This document shows, piece by piece, positions 39,559 through 47,611 of a stretch of DNA of 64,000 bases. This DNA comes from Taibaiella koreensis (GTDB lineage Bacteria > Bacteroidota > Bacteroidia > Chitinophagales > Chitinophagaceae). The stretch spans positions 1,231,962 to 1,295,961 of the forward strand of contig NZ_QVNU01000001.1 in the NCBI RefSeq assembly GCF_003545715.1. Reading direction: 5' to 3'. Both the position numbers and the translations under genes were made by a program. The notes under the pieces are model-generated. The model searched no databases and was not told the origin of the DNA. It saw only the letters and a list, made by a program, of their open reading frames with translations. How positions within the stretch are numbered: the stretch's first letter is position 1; each line of letters opens with the position of its first letter.

Positions 39559-39750
39559 ATGCTGCTATCTATGCCCGGAGGCAGCGAATGGCTCATCATC
39601 GTGCTGGTGGTGATTATCCTATTTGGCGGCAAAAAAATACCGGAGCTGGCGCGTGGCCTGGGTAAAGGTATGCGCGACTTCAAAGACGCGAAAGACGGTA
39701 TGAAGCAGGAAAGCGGATCTGGTATTCAAAAGGAACCGGATCATTCCTGA
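39559..39750 (+). CDS. tatA: twin-arginine translocase subunit TatA/TatE
   Basis: …GGSEWLIIVLVVIILFGGKKIPELARGLGKGMRDFK… is the TatA TM plus amphipathic-helix signature. Confidence 0.8.
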   Translation: MLLSMPGGSEWLIIVLVVIILFGGKKIPELARGLGKGMRDFKDAKDGMKQESGSGIQKEPDHS

Positions 39751-39770
39751 AACGAGTAAAAATAGTTTTT

Positions 39771-39797
39771 GGCGCTGCGATGGCAGCGCCTTTTTTT
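39771..39797 (+). terminator. rho-independent terminator after tatA
   Basis: Stem ggcgctgc/gcagcgcc with loop gatg, followed by TTTTTTT. Confidence 0.7.
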
Positions 39798-39921
39798 ATT
39801 CAGATAATGCCTGCCGGAAAGGAGATTCCCGTTTCCGTACCCGGGTTGTGATAGATTCAGCCCAAAAGAATAGGCCCTGCATGAGGTTTACAGGGCCTGT
39901 TATAGTAAAAATCTCCGCTGA

Positions 39922-40740
39922 TCAGGGCACAATAAATGGTCCTACAATGCTCATTACCTGTTGCTTTTCCAGCGGTTCGTCAAAGCATTCGCTGGCGGCA
40001 TCAGCGGTAACGCCGCTGCTGTTGATATTGGTGATCTGCAGGCCGGCCTGAGTGGTATTCTCCTCGCCGTCGTAGATCGGTTGCACCGCAGGGCTGCCAA
40101 TGCCGCTCTGGTTGCCGGTGATCCAGGGCTTTACATTGCCCTGGTTATTGTTCTTACGCATCTGCCGTATATGCGACGCGTGCCTGGCTTCCACAGAATG
40201 GATGTTCAATGCTGCAGTGAGCACATCATTGCTGCTCTTCAGGTTGCCGGCCTGGCCCTTGTAGGCCCTCACGCCGGTGTCTTCGAAGGCCTGTGCTACA
40301 GCAAGGAAGGTCGCATAGTTACTGAACACATCCGGGAATAACCCACCGGCCGTAAAGTCGAAATTGGGTTTGCCTACAGGCATATTGCCGGAGGCGGTAA
40401 TCGCCGTTTTTAAGAAATTGACGTGCGCGGCTTCATGGCCGCCTATCGTAGCGATAGCGCCCGATGCTGCACCCGATGGTATAAGACCGTTACTGGCAAT
40501 AGCTGTAGCATAAAATTCTGCTTCCAGGTACTCCAGGGTCAATGCAAAGTTGAGCACGCCGGGAATATCACCGGAGGTCTGCCCGTATGCTTTTTTAAAA
40601 AGAGAACCCAGGGCAAAAGGTAGCGCTGCAACCGCCACTTTGGCGCCGAAGCTCTTCAGCAGGTGCCGGCGGCCGCTCGTTCTTTCATATACTTCGGGAT
40701 CTATCTTTTCGATTTCATTCAGGATATTGGAAAAGTTCAT
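39922..40740 (-). CDS. ferritin-like domain protein with a twin-arginine (Tat) signal peptide
   Basis: N-terminal …SGRRHLLKSFGAKVAVAALPFALG… is a Tat motif. Repeated EA…H…E ferritin-like helices follow. It is paralogous to the next gene. Confidence 0.72.
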   Translation of the reverse strand: MNFSNILNEIEKIDPEVYERTSGRRHLLKSFGAKVAVAALPFALGSLFKKAYGQTSGDIPGVLNFALTLEYLEAEFYATAIASNGLIPSGAASGAIATIGGHEAAHVNFLKTAITASGNMPVGKPNFDFTAGGLFPDVFSNYATFLAVAQAFEDTGVRAYKGQAGNLKSSNDVLTAALNIHSVEARHASHIRQMRKNNNQGNVKPWITGNQSGIGSPAVQPIYDGEENTTQAGLQITNINSSGVTADAASECFDEPLEKQQVMSIVGPFIVP

Positions 40741-40750
40741 GTAGCTGGTT

Positions 40751-41449
40751 TTAGTCGGTGGGTAAATTGTTTGCAGAGATGCGGTCCTTGATAAATTTGC
40801 CGGCGATGGACAAGACTTCAGCCGGCGGCTTGCTCATTTCCATGCCATTACTATCGATCACGGTATTGTCGGCAAAAGAGCCGTTGCTGATAAGATCGCG
40901 GATATAGGCGGCATGCCTGGCTTCCACCGATACGATCTTCCCTGCCAGCAACAGGTAGTTCACATCCTCGATCAGCTTTCCTGCACCGTTGTAAGCGGCA
41001 ACGCCCAGATCTTCAAAGGCTTTTGCCGCGCCCAGCACACTATCCCGGCTGGAGAAGTCGATCCCGTCGAAGCGAATGGTAAGGGCAGGTATTGCCTTAC
41101 TGCCCAGGGCGTTCTTCAGGAACTCACGGTGCGCGATCTCATGCATCTTGATGTCATTCAGCATTTGCTGTTCGGCAGCGGTCATGCCCACATACATATT
41201 GTACATTACCGAGGAATAGAACGCGGCTTCGATCTGCTCCAGCGCATAAGCATAATTGAGAATGCCCGTATCGCCGCCGCCCAGGTCAACATCCTGGCCA
41301 TCAAGGACGGGATTGTCTTTCTTGCAGGAGGCCGTAAGGGTCGCGCCGGCGAGTCCCAGACCAGCAACGGAAAGGAATTTTCTCCGGGAAAAGCCCTGCG
41401 GCTGCGCCGTTTCGGCTGAAGCCGGTAAGGTGTCTTGTTTCATAAGCAT
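40751..41449 (-). CDS. ferritin-like domain protein with a Tat signal / lipoprotein motif
   Basis: …FSRRKFLSVAGLGLAGATLTASC… is Tat plus a lipobox. It is paralogous to 39922..40740. The start is uncertain (41443-41548). Confidence 0.72.
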   Translation of the reverse strand: MLMKQDTLPASAETAQPQGFSRRKFLSVAGLGLAGATLTASCKKDNPVLDGQDVDLGGGDTGILNYAYALEQIEAAFYSSVMYNMYVGMTAAEQQMLNDIKMHEIAHREFLKNALGSKAIPALTIRFDGIDFSSRDSVLGAAKAFEDLGVAAYNGAGKLIEDVNYLLLAGKIVSVEARHAAYIRDLISNGSFADNTVIDSNGMEMSKPPAEVLSIAGKFIKDRISANNLPTD

Positions 41450-41749
41450 TGTTTTTGAGGATGAAAATGAAGAGGTGCTTACCGGTATATACGGGGCGGT
41501 AGCGGAGGGAGTTTTACAGCAGGAGCAGCCGCATGGATAATTCTGCAAAAATGGCTATCTTAGAGGTGACGGGCCAGTAAGAGAGCGCAAGGTATGGCGC
41601 CGGGACCCCTGCTTTCCATACCAGGTGAGACGAAGCTTAATGAACTGGTAATGTTATCACTAATGAACTAATTACAGATCTTGTTGTTCCTTTGCCGTTA
41701 ATGCCCGGTATGTTTCGGGCCTTCTATTTGTGAAATTTAATATAATCCT

Positions 41750-42706
41750 ATGACAACCCTTAGATGCCTGCTACTTGCAGGTGGATGCAGCCTGTTACTG
41801 AATACCGGATGTGGATCGAACGAACCGAATAAAGAGGAAGCAAAGACTATAGCGGCAGATTCGGTCAAACAGAAAGAACCCGGACACAAAGAGGAGGCGC
41901 CTGTCCCGGCGGCATTGACGATCCGCTACCATGCCTACCCGGTAAAGGGCGTGGACACCGCGGTCAAAACCTTCAGGAAAACATATTCTGCAGAACAACG
42001 CTGGCTGATACTGGCATTGAACCGGTTGGACAACGGCTCCATAGGCCGTGCCGATACTTTAATAGTACCCGATACCTTATTGCCCGATATGGGTGCCTAC
42101 AGCCCTTTCCCAGCCGAAGTGCCAATGCTGAAAGACGTGAATAAGTTCGTGATCTTTTCCTATCCCATACAAGCCTTCGCGGCTTATGAAAAAGGTAAAC
42201 GTGTGTATTGGGGACCTACCAGCATGGGCAGCAAAATACATCCTACGCCCACAGGCTTGCATTTTGCCAATTGGAAAGCGAAAGAAACCATCAGCACGGT
42301 CAACGATGAATGGAAGCTGAAATGGAATTTTAACATCGCAAATAAAGAAGGCGTCGGCTGGCACCAGTATTCGATGCCGGGCTATCCGGCCTCGCACTCC
42401 TGTCTTCGTATGCTTGCCGAGCAGGCGCAATGGATGTACAGTTGGGCCGAGCAATGGATCGTACAAGGGACCAGCACAGTGCTGGCCCAGGGTACGCCGG
42501 TAATCGTTTATGGCGCCTACCCCTTTGGCAGCCGGAGGCCCTGGCGCAATATGCTTGAGAACGCCAAGGCCAATGAGATCAGTATCGCGGATATTGAAAA
42601 AGAGATCGAGCCTTATCTGCAGCGTATCCTGGAGCAACAGCAAAGAAGAGAAGGCATAATCAGTCAGCGGCAGCAGCCCGATACAGCGGCAAAGCCCGCC
42701 AGCTGA
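41750..42706 (+). CDS. L,D-transpeptidase (YkuD) family lipoprotein
   Basis: Lipoprotein signal (…LNTGC) and the catalytic …GYPASHSCLRM… (H…SHGC-like) motif. Confidence 0.82.
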   Translation: MTTLRCLLLAGGCSLLLNTGCGSNEPNKEEAKTIAADSVKQKEPGHKEEAPVPAALTIRYHAYPVKGVDTAVKTFRKTYSAEQRWLILALNRLDNGSIGRADTLIVPDTLLPDMGAYSPFPAEVPMLKDVNKFVIFSYPIQAFAAYEKGKRVYWGPTSMGSKIHPTPTGLHFANWKAKETISTVNDEWKLKWNFNIANKEGVGWHQYSMPGYPASHSCLRMLAEQAQWMYSWAEQWIVQGTSTVLAQGTPVIVYGAYPFGSRRPWRNMLENAKANEISIADIEKEIEPYLQRILEQQQRREGIISQRQQPDTAAKPAS

Positions 42707-42722
42707 TTGAAATAGTTGCAGA

Positions 42723-42765
42723 AAGAGGCCCCGGCTGTATGTGCCGGGGCCTCTTTTGCTTTTTA
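42723..42765. terminator. bidirectional rho-independent terminator between convergent genes
   Basis: 14 bp stem (aaagaggccccggc / gccggggcctcttt) followed by tgcttttt. Confidence 0.7.
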
Positions 42766-42850
42766 GGCTCGTTGAAGGGGCTGGCGTAGCTTGCTTCGAC
42801 GGGCGTAGCAACCGATCCCGGGCCATGAGCCTGTCCCAGGGGACAAGAGG

Positions 42851-44089
42851 TTATTTCTTCTTTTTCCTTTTGGCCAGCCGTTCTGCTTCTTCTGCTTCCC
42901 GGAGCAGCAATTGCCAGTTATCATTAGGCGTGTCTTCCGAAAAATTAAGCGTTGCCGAATAGTCTGTTTTATCGATAGTCATTACACGGATATCTTTGCC
43001 CATCCACGCCTCTATGGCCTTCAGCAGCGGCTCCTCTTCCGGTGCGCAGAAAGAAACAGCCTGGCCTTTCTTCACGCCACGGCCGGTACGGCCTACGCGG
43101 TGCACATAGTTTTCCGGCACATCGGGAAGGTCATAATTCACCACAAAATCTACATCCGGGATGTCGATGCCGCGGGCGCTCACATCGGTAGCAACCAGCA
43201 TTTTGACCACACCTTTTTTGAAATCGGCCATCACCTGCAACCGGTCTTCCTGCTCTTTGTCGCCATGCATGGTAATGCTGTCGATACCTACCCGCTTCAT
43301 GGCGCTATGCACCCTCTCGGCCCGTACCTTAGTACGTACAAATACCAGTATCTTATTGTCGGGTAACTCGCGCACCAGGCGCTCCAGGAAAAAGCGCTTA
43401 TCGTCCATACCTACGAAGGCCACCGAATGGCTCACGTTTTTGGATACGGGATCTTTGGGTGATATCTGTATTCTTATGGGGTTCCGGACCACCGAATGGG
43501 CAAGATCCTTGATCCCTTTGTCGATAGTGGCGGAGAAAAACAGCGTCTGGTGTCTCCGGGGCAGGTGTCGTAGCACATCCTGTATGTCTTTTAGAAAGCC
43601 CTTGGCCAGCATATGATCCGCTTCGTCGAGCACCAGGGTGCTTACCCTGCTCAGGTCGATATAGCCCTGGCTCACCAGGTCAAACATACGTCCCGGTGTA
43701 GCGACCAGGATATCCACGCCTTTCTCCAACTTGCGTATCTGGTCGTCCTGCTCCACGCCGCCATACAGGCCCATAATGACCAGGCGCGTATATTTCCCGA
43801 TCTGGATAAAGGCCTCCGCGATCTGAGCAGACAACTCGCGGGTGGGTACCATCACCAGGCATTTTACTTCCTTTCTTTTTTTGATGTCGTACCGTTGCTG
43901 CAGCAAATGCAGCAGGGGAATGGCAAACGCGGCGGTCTTGCCCGTACCCGTCTGGGCTATTGCCAGCACGTCGTCGCCTTTCAATATAGAAGGGATTGCC
44001 TTGAACTGGATGTCGGTGGGCCGTTTGAAATCCAGCTCTTCCAGGCTGCGTTTGATCTCGGGAGCAATATGGTACTGTTCAAATTTCAT
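42851..44089 (-). CDS. DEAD-box ATP-dependent RNA helicase (RhlE-like)
   Basis: Q-motif, Walker A AQTGTGKT, DEAD, SAT and HRVGRTGR motifs, plus a basic C-terminal tail. Confidence 0.9.
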   Translation of the reverse strand: MKFEQYHIAPEIKRSLEELDFKRPTDIQFKAIPSILKGDDVLAIAQTGTGKTAAFAIPLLHLLQQRYDIKKRKEVKCLVMVPTRELSAQIAEAFIQIGKYTRLVIMGLYGGVEQDDQIRKLEKGVDILVATPGRMFDLVSQGYIDLSRVSTLVLDEADHMLAKGFLKDIQDVLRHLPRRHQTLFFSATIDKGIKDLAHSVVRNPIRIQISPKDPVSKNVSHSVAFVGMDDKRFFLERLVRELPDNKILVFVRTKVRAERVHSAMKRVGIDSITMHGDKEQEDRLQVMADFKKGVVKMLVATDVSARGIDIPDVDFVVNYDLPDVPENYVHRVGRTGRGVKKGQAVSFCAPEEEPLLKAIEAWMGKDIRVMTIDKTDYSATLNFSEDTPNDNWQLLLREAEEAERLAKRKKKK

Positions 44090-44183
44090 GGGTTGCGCTG
44101 CGCTTAAGCTGCAAAGGTACTACATAGGGGCAAGATGCAGGGTAGAAAGCACAAACATCCCTGGTATGGTCGCAGGCAATACT

Positions 44184-44220
44184 AAAAAGAGCTGCCGTTG
44201 ACCGGCAGCTCTTTGCTTTT
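44184..44220 (-). terminator. rho-independent terminator after the GNAT gene
   Basis: aaaaagagctgccg / cggcagctcttt stem flanked by A- and T-tracts. Confidence 0.6.
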
Positions 44221-44509
44221 ATTGTACAATGCGCTCCCATTCGGGATGACGCTTGATATAGCTGAGCACAAAAGGACAAAGCGGGATGATCTTCTGCTGT
44301 GCTGCCTCGATATAGGTCAGGGTCTTCTGCACCAGGACCGAGCCAAAGCCCTTCCCTTCCAGCGCTATCGGTACCTCGGTATGAGTGAGGGCGAGGGCGC
44401 CGCGATGCGGTTCGTAAGCGATAAAGGCAATGTTGCCGTCGATGTTCAGCTCAAATTGTTGCGCTTGCTTATTATCCTTCAGCGGAAGGTCTTTGATCTC
44501 TGTTGACAT
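44219..44509 (-). CDS. small GNAT-family N-acetyltransferase (YjdJ-like)
   Basis: 96 aa with an acetyl-CoA-binding-like …LEGKGFGSVLV… region. Confidence 0.7.
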   Translation of the reverse strand: MSTEIKDLPLKDNKQAQQFELNIDGNIAFIAYEPHRGALALTHTEVPIALEGKGFGSVLVQKTLTYIEAAQQKIIPLCPFVLSYIKRHPEWERIVQ

Positions 44510-44559
44510 GATGCGTTTTTGTTCTTATGTTCAAAAGGTGAAACTACGAAATAGTTGCA

Positions 44560-45429
44560 TTAGGCCAGTGTGCCGAATTTTCCGGCCTGGAAATCCTGTA
44601 TAGCTTCCAGTATCTCCTGTTGCGTGTTCATCACAAACGGACCGTAGCTGGCAATGGGCTCATCGATCGGCATACCGCTCATCAACAGCAGCACGCTGTC
44701 TTTGCCGGCTTCTATCGTGATCTCTTCGCCTTCGTTCCGGAACAGGGTAAAGCTGTGCTCCGCCGCAAGGGCGCCATTTACGGTCGCCCCACCTTCGATT
44801 ACCAGCACAGCGGTATTGTGCGTCGCAGGTATCGAGGTGCTGAGCTTGCCACCGGCTTTCAATTTGATATCAAACAGGTTGACCTCGGTAAAGGTCCTGG
44901 CGGGGCCCCTGGCGCCGTTAAAGCTGCCCGCGATCACATTGACGATACCGGCATCACCGAGCAACGACACCTTGACGATATCGGTAGCCGTGATCGATTG
45001 GTAGCCCGGTGGCGTCGGTTTATCCTTTGCCGGCAGGTTTACCCACAGTTGCACCATCTCGAAAGGGCCTCCCTGGCGGGCAAATTCCTGCTCATGATAT
45101 TCCTTGTGCAGGATACCGGCGCCGGCAGTCATCCATTGCACATCGCCGGGATAGATCACGCCGCTGTTGCCGGCGCTGTCGTGGTGGGCTACACTGCCCT
45201 TATAAGCAATGGTTACGGTTTCGAATCCCTTATGCGGATGTACATCGACACCGCGCTGCTTTTCCGATTTGCCAAAATCATAAGCGGGGTTGAAATCCAG
45301 CATCAGGAAGGGGCTTAATCTGCTTTGCAGGTTGTATTGTCCCGGAATATAATTATATACCCGGAAGCCATCGCCGACCATACCGAATTGCGGTGGACGG
45401 TTAAATACTTTTTCTATGGACTTGTTCAT
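44560..45429 (-). CDS. pirin family protein (cupin; quercetinase-like)
   Basis: …HPHKGFETVTIAYKG…H…, pirin N- and C-cupin domains, and ~290 aa length. Confidence 0.88.
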   Translation of the reverse strand: MNKSIEKVFNRPPQFGMVGDGFRVYNYIPGQYNLQSRLSPFLMLDFNPAYDFGKSEKQRGVDVHPHKGFETVTIAYKGSVAHHDSAGNSGVIYPGDVQWMTAGAGILHKEYHEQEFARQGGPFEMVQLWVNLPAKDKPTPPGYQSITATDIVKVSLLGDAGIVNVIAGSFNGARGPARTFTEVNLFDIKLKAGGKLSTSIPATHNTAVLVIEGGATVNGALAAEHSFTLFRNEGEEITIEAGKDSVLLLMSGMPIDEPIASYGPFVMNTQQEILEAIQDFQAGKFGTLA

Positions 45430-45531
45430 GGAAAATCTCCTTGTATGTTAAGGATACAAAGGTACGGTCGCGCCGGGCCGGCGGGAAATGACCTAGATCA
45501 AGTCTGCCGCCAAATGGCTTATAGCTAAAAT

Positions 45532-46125
45532 CTATCCTTTGCGCGAAGCTGGCTGCCGGAGCATGCGGCTGAGGAATTCGGGCGTTACGCCGATATAGGA
45601 AGCGACCTGCTTTTGGGGCAGCTCGCGGATAAGGGTAGGGTAAGCGCGGCAAAAATGCTCATAGCGTTCGCGGGCCGAAAGACTGAGGTTGTCCAGCAGC
45701 CGGTTCTGGTAAGTGACTACCGAACGTTCGAGTAGCAACCGGAAATGCCGTTCCAATTGCGGTATCTCGCGATAAAGACGTTCCATATCGCTCATGCCGA
45801 TCTGCAGGAGGGTACTTGCCTGTATGGCATCGATATTGAGCTTGCCGGGTACCTGGTCGAGCAGGCTTTGCATATCGGCGATCCACCAGCCTTCGGGTGC
45901 AAATTGCAATATATGCTCAAATCCATTGTGGTCGATCGCATAGCTGCGCAGGCAGCCGGAAGTTACAAATACCTGGCTCTTCAGTATCTCGCCCTCTTGA
46001 AACAGGAATTGTTTTGGCTTCAGCGACCGTTCCCGGAACAGGCCGGTCACCAGCTCTTCTTCGGCAGGGCCAAGGTTAATATTGCGGCCGATATGTTCCA
46101 GTAACAAAGCATAAGGATCTTTCAT
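45532..46125 (-). CDS. Crp/Fnr-family transcriptional regulator
   Basis: cNMP-binding-like beta-roll and a C-terminal HTH (…RELPQKQVASYIGVTPEFLSRM…). Confidence 0.85.
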   Translation of the reverse strand: MKDPYALLLEHIGRNINLGPAEEELVTGLFRERSLKPKQFLFQEGEILKSQVFVTSGCLRSYAIDHNGFEHILQFAPEGWWIADMQSLLDQVPGKLNIDAIQASTLLQIGMSDMERLYREIPQLERHFRLLLERSVVTYQNRLLDNLSLSARERYEHFCRAYPTLIRELPQKQVASYIGVTPEFLSRMLRQPASRKG

Positions 46126-46213
46126 GTGGACCGAAGGTACACAATTGAAAAAATCCCGGTCTTTTGAGACCAGGGATCTTATAAACTATTTAGATTATCC
46201 GCTTACCTGCCGC

Positions 46214-46366
46214 TTAATTCTGGCAATAGCGGCATACCGAAGGGCCGGCGGGTCCGAAGCGGCTGTGGTTAAAAGCGCCATTGTGGCCACCGGCTACTTT
46301 ATCCAATGTTGCAATGCGTAGCTTGGTAAGCGAAAGGCTTTTCCTTGTGCTGGTCTTCTTTTTCAT
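46214..46366 (-). CDS. GG-motif leader precursor peptide (50 aa) with a short CxxC core
   Basis: MKKKTSTRKSLSLTKLRIATLDKVAGG-HNGAFNHSRFGPAGPSVCRYCQN. The leader matches the Bacteroidetes GG-leader pattern (L-x-L-x-K-x-x-I-A-x-L…GG). It is an internal start of ORF 46214..46447. Confidence 0.45.
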   Translation of the reverse strand: MKKKTSTRKSLSLTKLRIATLDKVAGGHNGAFNHSRFGPAGPSVCRYCQN

Positions 46367-46635
46367 AAATCTGGTTTTTAAAAGATGAAGAAAAATGCTG
46401 ATCCAAAATTCAGCCTCTTTTACAGGATGGACAATTGGTGAAAACAAGGATTTTTGTGCCTCAATGTTTTACCCGGGAGCATTGTCTGCGGTATGCCTTT
46501 TTATAAGCTTCATGTTGTCTGGGCCTTTTACCAGGCAAATGGCCGGGAACAAACGATAGGTAATTGGATGGATTAATTTGCAGAAAAAGAGACTGACCTT
46601 TTGGGGCAGTCTCCGGCGATAGGGGAAAGGGGCTG

Positions 46636-47052
46636 TTATTGCTGGGGACCCGGGTTGTTATAACGGGCGTTCATCTCATATTCCAACCTTTTTTGTTTGG
46701 CCACGCGTTTACCTCTGAAGAACAGGTACAGGTTGAGAAAGAGCATGATGCCCAGGTAGATGCTAAAGCCACCTACTTTGAAGCTTAGGGTTTCGATGGC
46801 CCCCTGGGCGCTGGTGAGCTGTTCGCCGATCTTGAGGATATACAGGGCGAAGCCGATATTCAGCAGGTAAAAGCCTATCCGGAACAGGGTATTGGTGGCC
46901 AGTGCTATCTCTTCCCGGCCGTTGAAGATGTCTTTCATAAAAACGATACTGTTGCGGAACAGACTGCGGGCTACATACCAGGTAAGACCCAGCGCAATGG
47001 GCAGATAGCAGAGATAAGCAATGACCATATAGTCGATACGATCGGTGTGCAT
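46636..47052 (-). CDS. hypothetical small membrane protein (4 TM helices), paralog 1
   Basis: Hydrophobic ORF, homologous to the adjacent 47064..47420 product. Confidence 0.6.
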   Translation of the reverse strand: MHTDRIDYMVIAYLCYLPIALGLTWYVARSLFRNSIVFMKDIFNGREEIALATNTLFRIGFYLLNIGFALYILKIGEQLTSAQGAIETLSFKVGGFSIYLGIMLFLNLYLFFRGKRVAKQKRLEYEMNARYNNPGPQQ

Positions 47053-47063
47053 GACATGGAGAT

Positions 47064-47420
47064 TTAAGAAGTGAAACGATGATGTCTTTTAGACAGAAAA
47101 TAAATTAAGGCGATATTAAAATAATGGGTTAAGGCAAGGATAAGGGTCAGCAGGCCGAGATGATGCCCCAGCGATGCTACCAGCTGGGCTGTGGACAATA
47201 CCTTTTCCCAGTTCTTGAGCCGAAGCAGGGCATAGCCGGTGTTGAACAGGTAATAGGCCAGCAGCAGGATATTATTGATGGTATCGGTGGCCTCCGTATC
47301 GCCATGATATAGCTTGAGGATAAATATCCGGCCGTTGCGGTGGCACATCCGGCCTACCCAGTAGATAAGGTAGAGGGTCGATGCGATATAGATCGTATAG
47401 GCAAGCACGTTGTTGTCCAT
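47064..47420 (-). CDS. hypothetical small membrane protein, paralog 2
   Basis: Aligns with paralog 1 (…Y-WV-R…F…NTGYALL-LK…). Confidence 0.6.
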   Translation of the reverse strand: MDNNVLAYTIYIASTLYLIYWVGRMCHRNGRIFILKLYHGDTEATDTINNILLLAYYLFNTGYALLRLKNWEKVLSTAQLVASLGHHLGLLTLILALTHYFNIALIYFLSKRHHRFTS

Positions 47421-47489
47421 GGTAAGCTTTTTTTGATGCTTCTGTTCCTGCGCCGCTTTGCTGATACAAAGATAATATTATTTTCTGAA

Positions 47490-47509
47490 TTTTCAATAAT
47501 TATTGAAAA
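47490..47509. promoter_or_regulatory. perfect 20 bp palindrome TTTTCAATAATTATTGAAAA in the divergent intergenic region (candidate operator)
   Basis: Read directly. It lies between minus-strand membrane-protein genes and the plus-strand radical SAM gene. Confidence 0.4.
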
Positions 47510-47611
47510 TATTGTACAATTTTCTTTACCACAACCCGGTATGGTATTACAGGTCGGGCATAACCATACAAATGCAATAACTTTGGCGTTTCAAATAGCA
47601 AAGCGCAGGCC

